A program made the translations under genes and the position numbers. From a virus, in IMG/VR virus record IMGVR_UViG_3300023443_000190, positions 8,564-72,563 of that record: a DNA stretch of 64,000 bases; one strand, written 5' to 3'. This document shows positions 8,721 through 17,261 of this stretch, piece after piece (position 1 is the stretch's first letter; every line of letters starts with the position of its first letter). The notes below the pieces were generated by a model. That model saw nothing but the letters and a program-made list of their open reading frames with translations. It was not told the DNA's origin and did not search any database.

Positions 8721-9932
8721 TCATACTCCAACTCCCAAGAGTGCTAACGAGCCTTTCGGCAATGCCGCTGCCACCGCATCAACAGTAAAAGTCGGCGACC
8801 CCACAACATCGACCGCACTTGTTACCAATGCTGCGGCTGGAACCGTCACAGTGATTGTCTCTTGGGCGGTAATATCGTATGTTGCGGCGGCTGTCAATGT
8901 TATTGTCACGACCGTATCGCTGGTGCGTACGACTGCCCCGACAACCTCTTTGTCTCGCACTTCAGCATTCCATCCAGTCCCTTCAGACTGTGCAGAATCT
9001 AATCCGTCGATGATGGCTTGGCGTTGTGCATCAAACGGCGCTCCTGCCGCTACCCAATTGTCACCAGTAAGCGTGATAATTGTAGTTTTACTGCCTGCAA
9101 CCACGTCGGCTTCGTCAATTGTGGCTGTTGCCGTGCCGGTGATTGCCGCTGAGATTTGTGTCGTAACGAACGGTCTACGCCGCCTTAGCGTGAAGATTCC
9201 GCCGCGACCGAGGGTGTGTAACTGTTTGATTTCACTGGAACCCAAAGCACGTTGGTAAACGGTCGTGTTGATAAAATCCACTACCGATTCACCACGCCCA
9301 GCCACTCCTCCAAATCTCCAATCCGAAGCATCAGATGGAAAATATGGCCCAGCAAATGCGGTTGGCCCAACCACTAAAACACCATCATTATATATCCGCA
9401 TGTTTACGTTGTCAGCAGTGAAAACAGTATGGTGTAACGCATTATCAACAACGTTTCCTTCCGCAAGAGCTAAGGTGCCACTGGTGGTGTCTGCACTGTT
9501 CCTAAGAAAAAATTCAAGGTCTCCGCCAGAAAACCTACATAAAAGTTGCAATGTTCCAGACCAACTCCCAAAGAAATCATCACGGGTCAGTCCCGTCGGT
9601 ATGATCCACCAGAACGCTACCGAGAATCCCTTTAGAGCCGAACCGACTATGGGGCGGCTGACGTCGATAACTGTTGACGGTCCGACCGCATCGTCGCTTT
9701 CTCTGGAAGTGCGAACCGCATAACCGATACCCGTCTTCCGCCAGTGTGTGTTCGACCCGAAGGTGCCGTGGTTCTTACTTGCGCCGACATCTCGCATTGT
9801 GGTACCAGTCGGACCTAGTGTTGGACCCCAAGCGCCAACCAACCTCTTCCACAAATACGGATGAGAAGAGTCACTCGCATTTGGGGCGTAGCCGGTCTTC
9901 CAAGTCGGTTTTCGCGTTTGAGCCAAGAGCAT
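8721..9932 (-). CDS. LamG-domain virion protein with Thr/Ala-rich C-terminal domain
   Basis: LHHTVFTADNVNMRIYNDG, YQRALGSSEIKQL; beta-rich C-terminus. Confidence 0.78.
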   Translation of the reverse strand: MLLAQTRKPTWKTGYAPNASDSSHPYLWKRLVGAWGPTLGPTGTTMRDVGASKNHGTFGSNTHWRKTGIGYAVRTSRESDDAVGPSTVIDVSRPIVGSALKGFSVAFWWIIPTGLTRDDFFGSWSGTLQLLCRFSGGDLEFFLRNSADTTSGTLALAEGNVVDNALHHTVFTADNVNMRIYNDGVLVVGPTAFAGPYFPSDASDWRFGGVAGRGESVVDFINTTVYQRALGSSEIKQLHTLGRGGIFTLRRRRPFVTTQISAAITGTATATIDEADVVAGSKTTIITLTGDNWVAAGAPFDAQRQAIIDGLDSAQSEGTGWNAEVRDKEVVGAVVRTSDTVVTITLTAAATYDITAQETITVTVPAAALVTSAVDVVGSPTFTVDAVAAALPKGSLALLGVGV

Positions 9933-9935
9933 TAT

Positions 9936-10394
9936 TTATACTTCCAAGACATCGGATCTCATAACTTCATCGTCCAATCCGTTTGGTTCCCAGGTCAACG
10001 AGCCAACAAAAAACAGTTCGTTAGCTTCAGCACTGGCATATCCACTGGCATCAGTCTGCAACTCTCCGGTCGCATCGCCCTGTGCCAAATAGACATCGAA
10101 CGTACCGTCGGCAAGGGTTCCTTCGTCGTGGGTTACTTCTAATTGCACCAATAATCCCAAAAACAAAGTGCTTGAATTGTCAATCTCATCTGCAAGTTGT
10201 TCCGACCCGTCTGTAAGGGTGTTTGTTGCAACGAAGTTTACGTCGTCGTCGGTTAATTGCGTGTAGGTAATCTTGCCTGTAGTGGTATCTACAATCCACC
10301 CTGTCACCTTCAGGTTTAATCTTCCGTTCGAGTCAAAAGTCAGCGTTTGACCCGAGTTGTTGACTACAATCAATTTGGAGAATTTAGAAAGCAT
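9936..10394 (-). CDS. Virion structural protein, 152 aa
   Basis: Acidic beta-rich ORF in the fibre operon. Confidence 0.65.
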   Translation of the reverse strand: MLSKFSKLIVVNNSGQTLTFDSNGRLNLKVTGWIVDTTTGKITYTQLTDDDVNFVATNTLTDGSEQLADEIDNSSTLFLGLLVQLEVTHDEGTLADGTFDVYLAQGDATGELQTDASGYASAEANELFFVGSLTWEPNGLDDEVMRSDVLEV

Positions 10395-10396
10395 GA

Positions 10397-10795
10397 TTAC
10401 GCCCTTGCCTGTTCGACATAGCCAACTTTAACATTTCCAAGTCCAAGCTCAACACCCCGACTTACGGTCTTTGTTTTGAGAGCAAGAAGATTTGCACGAG
10501 TCGTTGTGCCTCCTACCCATATTTCAGCGATCTGAGCTATGATATTGGCGTTGTTGGGATCAACTGAATCCGACAAAATAGCCAACCACCCTCGTTGTTT
10601 TACAGCAGACAGTACCACAAACTCAGTCCCTACGACTGCGGATTGCATTTCGCCTGGACTAATCGAAGTCCTGTTTAATGCGCGGTCTATTGTGTTGTTG
10701 AGGCTATTGGCAGCAGCCTCATCGCTCATTGAAGCATAGCCACGAACCAAAGGGTCGTCTGTCAGCTCCGTCTTGAGCTTTGCAATATCCATCAT
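10397..10795 (-). CDS. Phage structural-module protein, 132 aa
   Basis: GGAG RBS; first gene after the promoter. Confidence 0.7.
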   Translation of the reverse strand: MMDIAKLKTELTDDPLVRGYASMSDEAAANSLNNTIDRALNRTSISPGEMQSAVVGTEFVVLSAVKQRGWLAILSDSVDPNNANIIAQIAEIWVGGTTTRANLLALKTKTVSRGVELGLGNVKVGYVEQARA

Positions 10796-10819
10796 TTTTC
10801 TCCATGAAACCGCTCAGAT

Positions 10820-10846
10820 AATCTAACATTCAGCCCATGACGTCAA
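10820..10846 (-). promoter_or_regulatory. Sigma70-like promoter for the fibre module
   Basis: TTGACG (10846-10841), 15 nt, TAGATT with an extended TG. Confidence 0.5.
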
Positions 10847-10848
10847 GT

Positions 10849-11157
10849 CTATTTTCCAAACGCGGCGGCGGCTTCGGCTAATGTCTGTTTCGGCTCAGGA
10901 TAAACGCAGGGCGAATCTTTGAGATGGGAATCTGGGCAAAGAATCCTAATGCCCGTGAACGTGAAGCCGCTGTCTTTTTTCACGACCTCATAATCCCATT
11001 CGGGAATCTCCCCGCACTCAGGACACCGCGGCACGACAAACGCTGTCGATTCGATGAAGGACGTGAGCCGGTCGAAGATGTCGTGTTTCTCTGGGATTAC
11101 ATATTCATGCACCTCTAGTTCGCGAATCATCTTGAGTATCTCTTGCAGTTCATCCAT
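10849..11157 (-). CDS. Hypothetical protein with CxxC motif
   Basis: CPECG...CPDSH; 102 aa. Confidence 0.65.
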   Translation of the reverse strand: MDELQEILKMIRELEVHEYVIPEKHDIFDRLTSFIESTAFVVPRCPECGEIPEWDYEVVKKDSGFTFTGIRILCPDSHLKDSPCVYPEPKQTLAEAAAAFGK

Positions 11158-11185
11158 CTGTTTTGCCTTTCTCGTTTGGATTCTG

Positions 11186-11458
11186 TCATATCGATTTCAA
11201 CTCCCTAATTAGAATCGTAAAGTCATCGATTTCCTCGTCCTTGGCTGCTACCACCGATACCCTCAAATTGCCGACAAGGAACTCAACAGCCTCTTCGGTG
11301 TTTACTTTGATGTGTCCAAGTTCCAATTCGTCCGTTGCGGCTGCGATGGATGCTCGTAGTGTCTTGCTCTCTTCATACAGTTCAGCGATTTCCTTTCCGA
11401 TGGACTTGAACCGCTGGACGTTTTGTGCGAGTTCCTCATGTTCCTTTTTTTGTGTCAT
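11186..11458 (-). CDS. Hypothetical coiled-coil protein, 90 aa
   Basis: GAGG RBS; co-oriented ORF. Confidence 0.65.
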   Translation of the reverse strand: MTQKKEHEELAQNVQRFKSIGKEIAELYEESKTLRASIAAATDELELGHIKVNTEEAVEFLVGNLRVSVVAAKDEEIDDFTILIRELKSI

Positions 11459-11493
11459 CTAAACCACCTCAAATCCAAGTGCCTCGAAATCGG

Positions 11494-11754
11494 TTACTCA
11501 TCTTTTTCCATGTAAAATTCCAAAGCAAACCTTTCGGCAACTTCGCGTGTTGACGTTTCACACCATCCCCAGTTATCAGCACCATCGTCATCATCGGGTT
11601 CACGCCAACCTCTTGCTGACCATTGCCACGACGCCGACGACCCGCAGTTTTGTACCACGATGAGTTCAATGTCTGGGCCGTGCCATATCGAGAAGAATTC
11701 TGAACGCACCCATTGTGATTCCGGCATCTTCCAGCCTGGTTTAACTGTCGCCAT
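11494..11754 (-). CDS. Hypothetical Trp-rich protein, 86 aa
   Basis: Overlap-coupled ORF. Confidence 0.6.
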   Translation of the reverse strand: MATVKPGWKMPESQWVRSEFFSIWHGPDIELIVVQNCGSSASWQWSARGWREPDDDDGADNWGWCETSTREVAERFALEFYMEKDE

Positions 11755-12052
11755 CGTCGTTCTCCTGAGTCATTCGCCACAGCGAGATCAACGCATCGCC
11801 CAACGGTGAGAAGTTATCATGCAGATAAACTTCGCACTTCCGTTCAGCGTCATACTGTGTTGGACTGTCATTCGAGAGTATAACTACCCCCGTGTCTTCC
11901 CCTTCCGTGCAAACAATTTGTTTGATTTTACGAGCTATGCTGACTAGCTTAGATTCCATATCCAGTTCCCGTTTCGTTTTTGCGCGGGTGAACTGCGAGA
12001 GTTCCAAGAATAGCCGGTCAATGGTCATGGTTTCGCGTTTTGGTTCATTCAT
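11741..12052 (-). CDS. Hypothetical protein, 103 aa
   Basis: Start MNEPKR with GAGGAG upstream. Confidence 0.65.
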   Translation of the reverse strand: MNEPKRETMTIDRLFLELSQFTRAKTKRELDMESKLVSIARKIKQIVCTEGEDTGVVILSNDSPTQYDAERKCEVYLHDNFSPLGDALISLWRMTQENDDGDS

Positions 12053-12224
12053 CGTCGCTCTCCTCGGCTGGTCGCCATTCTTTAACGTACTCAACGCCCA
12101 TAGATTGCCTTTGAATTGCCGCTAGAACACCGATGCGTGGATTTGAACATTCCCTCAGAAATGCTCTCCACTCCGTGTCATCCGGCAATCGCTCGCTGGT
12201 TTTTATCCATTGGTTTTCTGGCAT
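12045..12224 (-). CDS. DUF551-like phage protein, 59 aa (not in ORF track)
   Basis: MPENQWIKTSERLP motif; GGGAG RBS. Confidence 0.6.
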   Translation of the reverse strand: MPENQWIKTSERLPDDTEWRAFLRECSNPRIGVLAAIQRQSMGVEYVKEWRPAEESDDE

Positions 12225-12275
12225 GATTCAACTCCCTTCGGAAACTGCCTGACGTTCAACTCTATCTTCGAGTTC

Positions 12276-12458
12276 TTACCCATCGTCAGCCTCACTTTCA
12301 ATCCTTTTTCGTTCTTTCCTAACTGCTGCCAAAATGTCATTCCCAAATTCTTCCAGCTCTGTAAGAGTCATGCCGCCTTCTTTTTTGTCATAGCCGTAAA
12401 GCCCCTCACAAATTCGGTAAACGCCAAAAGATTCTGAACTCATAACTAAATAATCCAT
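12276..12458 (-). CDS. Hypothetical protein, 60 aa
   Basis: GAGGTGGAG RBS; TAATG coupling. Confidence 0.6.
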   Translation of the reverse strand: MDYLVMSSESFGVYRICEGLYGYDKKEGGMTLTELEEFGNDILAAVRKERKRIESEADDG

Positions 12459-12886
12459 TACTCCACCTCGCTTTCTGGAACCGGCATCCACCATGAAACA
12501 CATCGAACCATCAACCAACACTTAAGTTCGTTTTCCGGCAAATGAATCGGCGTGTCTTTTGACAAACTAAGGTTCCACGGCACACCATCCTTGTCGCCTT
12601 TCATTAAAATCTCTTTTACGTCAGGCAACCGATCCTTGACCCGAACCCATGGCGACTGCTCTGCCTGTTGTTCTTCGAGCCAGTCGGCGAGTTTGCGAAA
12701 TTGAGTTGCTTCGCGTGAAAAACAACCTCCATCTTCGGGGTCATCCGCTGCAATTTCTCTCAACTCATCCGGCGTCATCGGGCATTTGCTATACATCAAC
12801 TTCAGTTTCTCCTTCCATTTGAGAAGCCTTTTGTTATGTTCTCTCAGTTCGGTCCTGGCTTCTTCGGGGGTCGGGCATTTGCTCAT
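12458..12886 (-). CDS. Phage protein with DUF551-like C-terminus
   Basis: PWVRVKDRLP...WWMPVP. Confidence 0.65.
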   Translation of the reverse strand: MSKCPTPEEARTELREHNKRLLKWKEKLKLMYSKCPMTPDELREIAADDPEDGGCFSREATQFRKLADWLEEQQAEQSPWVRVKDRLPDVKEILMKGDKDGVPWNLSLSKDTPIHLPENELKCWLMVRCVSWWMPVPESEVE

Positions 12887-13455
12887 TTAATCAATCTCCG
12901 TTTTCGTATATGGTACACCCACACCCTCTCAATCCCTGCCCTCTGAGCCGCGATGATACAACGGTAGACAAACCTCATGTCGTCGTCGGATTTGAGCAGT
13001 AAAAGTATCCCAGCTTTTTTGTGCGTGATGGCAGCATAGTAACTCGCTTGCCCAACTGCTTCAGCCCACTTCTTAGACCAGTCCACCTCAATGGCATAAT
13101 CAGCCGTCAGCATGTCAACACGAGTTTTGTCAAACAAGACGTACTCGACTCTCGTGACCGGAACGCCATCGCCAAAATTCGCGAACTGCGGAACCGTTGC
13201 AACGATGTGAGCAGTCCACTGGGCTTCGGTTTGTTGAGTTAACCCAGCCGAAGGACTGGTTCTTGTCTCAATCTCAACTGGCTTGTACAGAAGGCTTAAA
13301 TACTTTTTCTTGTATTCATCGGATTGTTCGATCCAATAAAGTTTTTCTTTCTCAAGTCCTACATAATCTTGGATCGGCCTGCCATCGTGATCTCGTTCGA
13401 TTTTCTCGCCACACCCAACCATCAGAAACAGACTTAGAATTGCCAAGGTTTTCAT
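12883..13455 (-). CDS. Putative lipoprotein with a nuclease-fold-like C-terminal domain
   Basis: MKTLAILSLFLMVGC signal; EYVLFDKTRVDMLT..YAIEVDWSKKWAEAVGQ resembles a PD-(D/E)xK pattern. Confidence 0.55.
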   Translation of the reverse strand: MKTLAILSLFLMVGCGEKIERDHDGRPIQDYVGLEKEKLYWIEQSDEYKKKYLSLLYKPVEIETRTSPSAGLTQQTEAQWTAHIVATVPQFANFGDGVPVTRVEYVLFDKTRVDMLTADYAIEVDWSKKWAEAVGQASYYAAITHKKAGILLLLKSDDDMRFVYRCIIAAQRAGIERVWVYHIRKRRLIK

Positions 13456-13456
13456 T

Positions 13457-13511
13457 TCATCTCGCTCCCCAAGTTATCGTTTCAATTTCAAGGTTCGTGT
13501 TATGGTTAGTT
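13457..13511. repeat. ~55 bp direct repeat, copy 1 (intergenic RBS module)
   Basis: TCATCTCGCTCCCCAAGTTATCGTTTCAA...TGGTTAGTT. Confidence 0.85.
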
Positions 13512-13512
13512 A

Positions 13513-13704
13513 TTAGACTGTCGTTTTTTTCAACATGGGATCGAACAAAAGGTTTTCAAGGGCTTCTACTTTTGTTTCGCCCATCTCATAAAACTCTCCG
13601 CAGACAGCTTCCCAATAGACAAAATCCCCGCTTTTGCTTTGCAGAAACATAATTTCCAATTTCTCTAAACTTTCAATGTCTGATGTTTTTAATCCAGCCA
13701 TCAT
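13513..13704 (-). CDS. Hypothetical protein, 63 aa, flanked by direct repeats
   Basis: GGGGAG RBS within repeat copy 2. Confidence 0.65.
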   Translation of the reverse strand: MMAGLKTSDIESLEKLEIMFLQSKSGDFVYWEAVCGEFYEMGETKVEALENLLFDPMLKKTTV

Positions 13705-13757
13705 CTCGCTCCCCAGGTTATCGTTTCAAAACTTCAAGTTTGTGTGGTTGGTTAGTT
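13701..13757. repeat. ~55 bp direct repeat, copy 2
   Basis: TCATCTCGCTCCCCAGGTTATCGTTTCAA...TGGTTAGTT. Confidence 0.85.
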
Positions 13758-13764
13758 GGCGTTA

Positions 13765-13983
13765 TCACAAGTCTTCTTCACGCCATTTCTTTTCTATCGC
13801 CAGCTTTCTTTTCCTTAGTATTACAGACAATTTCACGTCCTTCTCGCCCGAGCATTCGTGACAGAATCGACTTCGACGATAATTGATGGCATAATTTCCA
13901 CAATTGATGGCATAATTTCCACAACCATGCTCTGCACATGCTTGATCCATGAGTTGTTCTTCAGAACAGTCGTCCCTCAACAT
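13765..13983 (-). CDS. Small Cys/His protein with a 7-aa tandem duplication
   Basis: CAEHGC GNYAINC GNYAINY..CHEC; GGAGG RBS. Confidence 0.65.
   Translation of the reverse strand: MLRDDCSEEQLMDQACAEHGCGNYAINCGNYAINYRRSRFCHECSGEKDVKLSVILRKRKLAIEKKWREEDL
13881..13924. repeat. Perfect 21 bp tandem duplication
   Basis: AATTGATGGCATAATTTCCAC x2. Confidence 0.9.
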
Positions 13984-14017
13984 TATTTTCGTTCCTCCAA
14001 ATAAATAAATGTCCCAG

Positions 14018-14716
14018 TTACTTCAAAACTTCAATCCCCTCCGTGAACACCCATGGGTTCTCCGTCCACTTGAACTCGGGTATTTTGTTGTCGGCATCCC
14101 ATTGTCTTTCCCGTGCGTCTTGAGGTGACATTCGGAAAAACTCAACATCCCATTCCGGTAACCCATATCCCTTATATCCGCCGATTGTTTTTCCTCGCAC
14201 AAATCCCTCAGCCAGAATGCTTTTCTCAGTAATCTCCTGCACCCGCTCAACTCGTTGGCTTGTGACGCGGAACGAGAAGCGGCTGAATTCTCTGGGCATT
14301 TGCGTTGAGGAAATCCATCGCCCGTTGCCAGATTTTTCATAGTATTTCACCCAGTCTGAAATGTTATCAACGTGATCTCTTCCTCCCGCTTTGTATTCAA
14401 GCCGCACTTGTGCGTTGTCTGGGTATACTCCAGTTGCTTTGAACGTCTCCCTCGCCCAGAATTCGGAGCCGACGTTTCCAAATGGTGATTTGAGATTTTG
14501 TTCTACGAATACTCCACCGTATTTGGTTCTATGATCCGCATTCCAGATAATCTCATTGTCATCGCTGTCTTTGAATGGCTTGTGATATTTGTGAATTTCA
14601 ATCACTTCCCCATCAAAACGGAAATTCACAACCCTCCTCAACTTCGTCAACCTCCCCGCAAGCATCGCCCGAACTTCCCAGTCGCGAAGAATAAATGGTT
14701 TTTGTTTTGTTTTCAT
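14018..14716 (-). CDS. Conserved phage protein (ASCH-like family)
   Basis: KPFIL..EVRAMLAGR.TK.RRVV; WARETF; STQMPREFSRF..RVT..RVERVQEITE..ILAEG; W..NPWV. Confidence 0.7.
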   Translation of the reverse strand: MKTKQKPFILRDWEVRAMLAGRLTKLRRVVNFRFDGEVIEIHKYHKPFKDSDDNEIIWNADHRTKYGGVFVEQNLKSPFGNVGSEFWARETFKATGVYPDNAQVRLEYKAGGRDHVDNISDWVKYYEKSGNGRWISSTQMPREFSRFSFRVTSQRVERVQEITEKSILAEGFVRGKTIGGYKGYGLPEWDVEFFRMSPQDARERQWDADNKIPEFKWTENPWVFTEGIEVLK

Positions 14717-15573
14717 TCCGATTTCTCCGTTCTATTCAACCTTTTCAACAGTTTCTTTAGTTCCGGCTCAACTTCGGATACAACAACGCCACTCCCGTCG
14801 ATGACGCTGTTCCCATTGTGGTCATCAATGATTCCGCAAACCTTATAGACGATGTTTTGGTATTTGATGCGGATTTGCTTTTCGCATTGTGCTTCGGTTT
14901 GTTTGACTTCCTGCTCGGCTGTTTCGGCTTTGTATTCGTCAAAGTATTTTTCCAACACGGACAATTGATAGGTGTGTATTCCAATAAATGCGTCACGGCG
15001 ACGCCACCACTTCAAAAATCCCTCCACATCACCCTTCAATCCAAACCGCATCGACACCATTGCTTTTGACTTGATGTGCTGGATATACCATTCTCCCACC
15101 GCTGGACTGAATCCGTAACCTCGCTCCCAGTTCGCACATCTGACAAACTGATACTCGCTCTCCCCCTCGCCAGAATCTTCCGACTGTTGCTCTTGCTTCA
15201 GATGGTCTTCCCTGCGACATCTTTGGCAATAACCAAATTTAATAGATTCTTCGTTGTACAGGGGCGAGTCACAATTTTTGCAGCTTGTATACTCCTCTTC
15301 CGCAGACTTTCGCTGCTTGAGGAATGCGGCAAACAGTTCTTTAATCTGATTGGGCGACGTCCATGTAAGGATAATGCCTTCGTGCTCTCCATCGAGCCAC
15401 TGACAAAACGCCATCCCCATCTCCACCGACTCACATTCTTCTGGAAGCGTCAAGCCGATGGAGATGTTGTTTTCGGTGATGGCGTAGAGCAATTTGGGGT
15501 CGTCGTAACCATCTGTATCGATGTATTCAGCAACGTCGCATTTCATGGTTTGCTCACTTTCATGTCTGGTCAT
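14713..15573 (-). CDS. Hypothetical protein with an internal CxxC-CxxC zinc motif
   Basis: CKNCDSP...CQRC; ATGA coupling. Confidence 0.7.
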   Translation of the reverse strand: MTRHESEQTMKCDVAEYIDTDGYDDPKLLYAITENNISIGLTLPEECESVEMGMAFCQWLDGEHEGIILTWTSPNQIKELFAAFLKQRKSAEEEYTSCKNCDSPLYNEESIKFGYCQRCRREDHLKQEQQSEDSGEGESEYQFVRCANWERGYGFSPAVGEWYIQHIKSKAMVSMRFGLKGDVEGFLKWWRRRDAFIGIHTYQLSVLEKYFDEYKAETAEQEVKQTEAQCEKQIRIKYQNIVYKVCGIIDDHNGNSVIDGSGVVVSEVEPELKKLLKRLNRTEKSE

Positions 15574-15923
15574 TAAAATATCGGCCTTTCCCCACTGGCA
15601 GCAAAATGTAGTAGATTTACCAATGATCTTGCATCCCGTAAATCAACAGTCAGCAACCAAGACTCCCCATCCTTGCGATGAACAACAAATGGAACCTTTC
15701 CTTCCGCTTCCCGTCTAGCTTGTTCGACGACTTTGTGTAGATTCATTGCCTTTCTTCTTTTTACTTCGGGACACAGCTCGGGCCACTGATCGTCAATTAA
15801 GTCGGCTGATTCTTTTGTGCCTTTGAATTGTTGGGATCGCCGGAAGTTTATGCCGAATGTCTCGTTTAACACTTTGCACGCTTCCAGTTCACCTCGTTTT
15901 CCTTTTTGTTTGGAATTAACCAA
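15573..15923 (-). CDS. Holliday junction resolvase-like PD-(D/E)xK nuclease
   Basis: NSKQKGKRGELE, ADL, EVKRRK, PFVVHRKDG..WLLTV. Confidence 0.85.
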   Translation of the reverse strand: MVNSKQKGKRGELEACKVLNETFGINFRRSQQFKGTKESADLIDDQWPELCPEVKRRKAMNLHKVVEQARREAEGKVPFVVHRKDGESWLLTVDLRDARSLVNLLHFAASGERPIF

Positions 15924-16272
15924 TTTGTTCCATCTCCTTGTCGATTTCCTCTTGTGTGACTCGATCAGGCGCTTTTAAGTCTGGATCTCTTAAACGCAAC
16001 CATTCTTCCAAGTCGTAGTGTTCGGGATCATGTTTTTGTTTGTAGGCCAGTTGTTTGGCGTGAGGCATTGTGTCTAGTTTTGTGGCATGGCACTGATCGC
16101 AGGCACAAAAATAATTGCATTTATTATCATGTGTCTTAGGCGCATGAGACCGACGCTCTATGTGGTGAACCTCTACCCGAACAATGCCCCCAACAACAGA
16201 ATTGGTTCCACAAATCCAACAGAAATTATCTGCATGATCTATCAACCACGCTTGAACAATTTTATTTCTCAT
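15916..16272 (-). CDS. HNH-like endonuclease
   Basis: CWICG, EVHHI, NYFCACDQCH. Confidence 0.75.
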   Translation of the reverse strand: MRNKIVQAWLIDHADNFCWICGTNSVVGGIVRVEVHHIERRSHAPKTHDNKCNYFCACDQCHATKLDTMPHAKQLAYKQKHDPEHYDLEEWLRLRDPDLKAPDRVTQEEIDKEMEQIG

Positions 16273-16673
16273 TAGAAAGGCACCTCTTCGTCTGGACTCG
16301 CTGGCGCAGTATTCGGAAGTGATTGTTGAGTTTGTGGGGCTGACTTTCTATCCGAACTGTTAATGAATCCAAAGTCTGTCACCTTCAATTCGTTTTTGTA
16401 TCGCTTCTCTCCAGTCGATGCAGAATCCCAGCTTTGTGTGCTAAGTTCACCAGCGACGTGGATGTAGTCGCCCTTTTTGACATACTCAATCAGAGTTTGA
16501 CACTTCCTGCCGAACATTGTGCAATCAAGCCACAACGACCGTTCGTATTTTCCTTTGCCAGATTTCTCGGCTAGAGAAAACTTTACCATCTCCGTTCCGC
16601 TTTGTAGCGTCGTCAACTGAGGATCGTTTGTCAGTTTCATTACGGAATTAAAGTTAATCATTGGTTTCTCCAA
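16272..16673 (-). CDS. ssb: Single-stranded DNA-binding protein
   Basis: OB-fold motifs (LTNDPQL, YVKKGD.IHVAGEL.T.SW) and acidic DEEVPF tail. Confidence 0.93.
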   Translation of the reverse strand: MEKPMINFNSVMKLTNDPQLTTLQSGTEMVKFSLAEKSGKGKYERSLWLDCTMFGRKCQTLIEYVKKGDYIHVAGELSTQSWDSASTGEKRYKNELKVTDFGFINSSDRKSAPQTQQSLPNTAPASPDEEVPF

Positions 16674-16860
16674 ACAACGCAGTCACCGATCTGTGGTCAA
16701 TGCAATACTCATCGTGGATACCTGCAATCTCATCCTCACCGTATGCAAGTGCATAACCTTGGTTTTCGCGTTCACGGTTGGCCGCCTTTGCGGATTCGAG
16801 GTGAATCAGCGCGTCAACTGCTTGTGAAAAAACGTATGCGGCCTTTTGTTCTGGTGTCAT
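16654..16860 (-). CDS. Hypothetical protein, 68 aa
   Basis: ATGA-coupled ORF. Confidence 0.65.
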   Translation of the reverse strand: MTPEQKAAYVFSQAVDALIHLESAKAANRERENQGYALAYGEDEIAGIHDEYCIDHRSVTALFGETND

Positions 16861-17261
16861 ACTTTTGACTCCTCGTTTGGTTCGATTCCCAATTTCTTCA
16901 ACACTTCATTAGACAGCATTGGCTTGATCTTGTCAATAGTAGTTTGATCGGTGAAGTTAAATTTCAGGCCGAAATCTTTCTGCAACAGTTCCCGAAGTTT
17001 TTTCGTCGCAAGCCTCATCTTCATGGTTTTCTCGATTGCCTCGACCGGTGTTTGGACAGGCTTGTCACCTAGCGGTTTATTTGTGTCCCATATTACACCG
17101 AGTCCTTCCAGAAATGATTGCAGTCGCAAGGTGTTTTTTTCGTCCATTGCAGCCCGAACTGCATTTTTTACATCGCCGTCGCCCAATTCCTCCCAGTCGA
17201 ACTTTTCTTTCTTTGCCAGATAAATTCCAAGTCTAATGAGATCGATTCCAGCCTCAGTCAT
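16857..17261 (-). CDS. Hypothetical protein, 134 aa
   Basis: Start MTEAGID overlaps the helicase stop (ATGA). Confidence 0.65.
   Translation of the reverse strand: MTEAGIDLIRLGIYLAKKEKFDWEELGDGDVKNAVRAAMDEKNTLRLQSFLEGLGVIWDTNKPLGDKPVQTPVEAIEKTMKMRLATKKLRELLQKDFGLKFNFTDQTTIDKIKPMLSNEVLKKLGIEPNEESKV

Noticed and set aside
13881-13924. 21-bp tandem duplication as a regulatory repeat
   Set aside because: A single in-frame slippage duplication or assembly artefact; only two copies.
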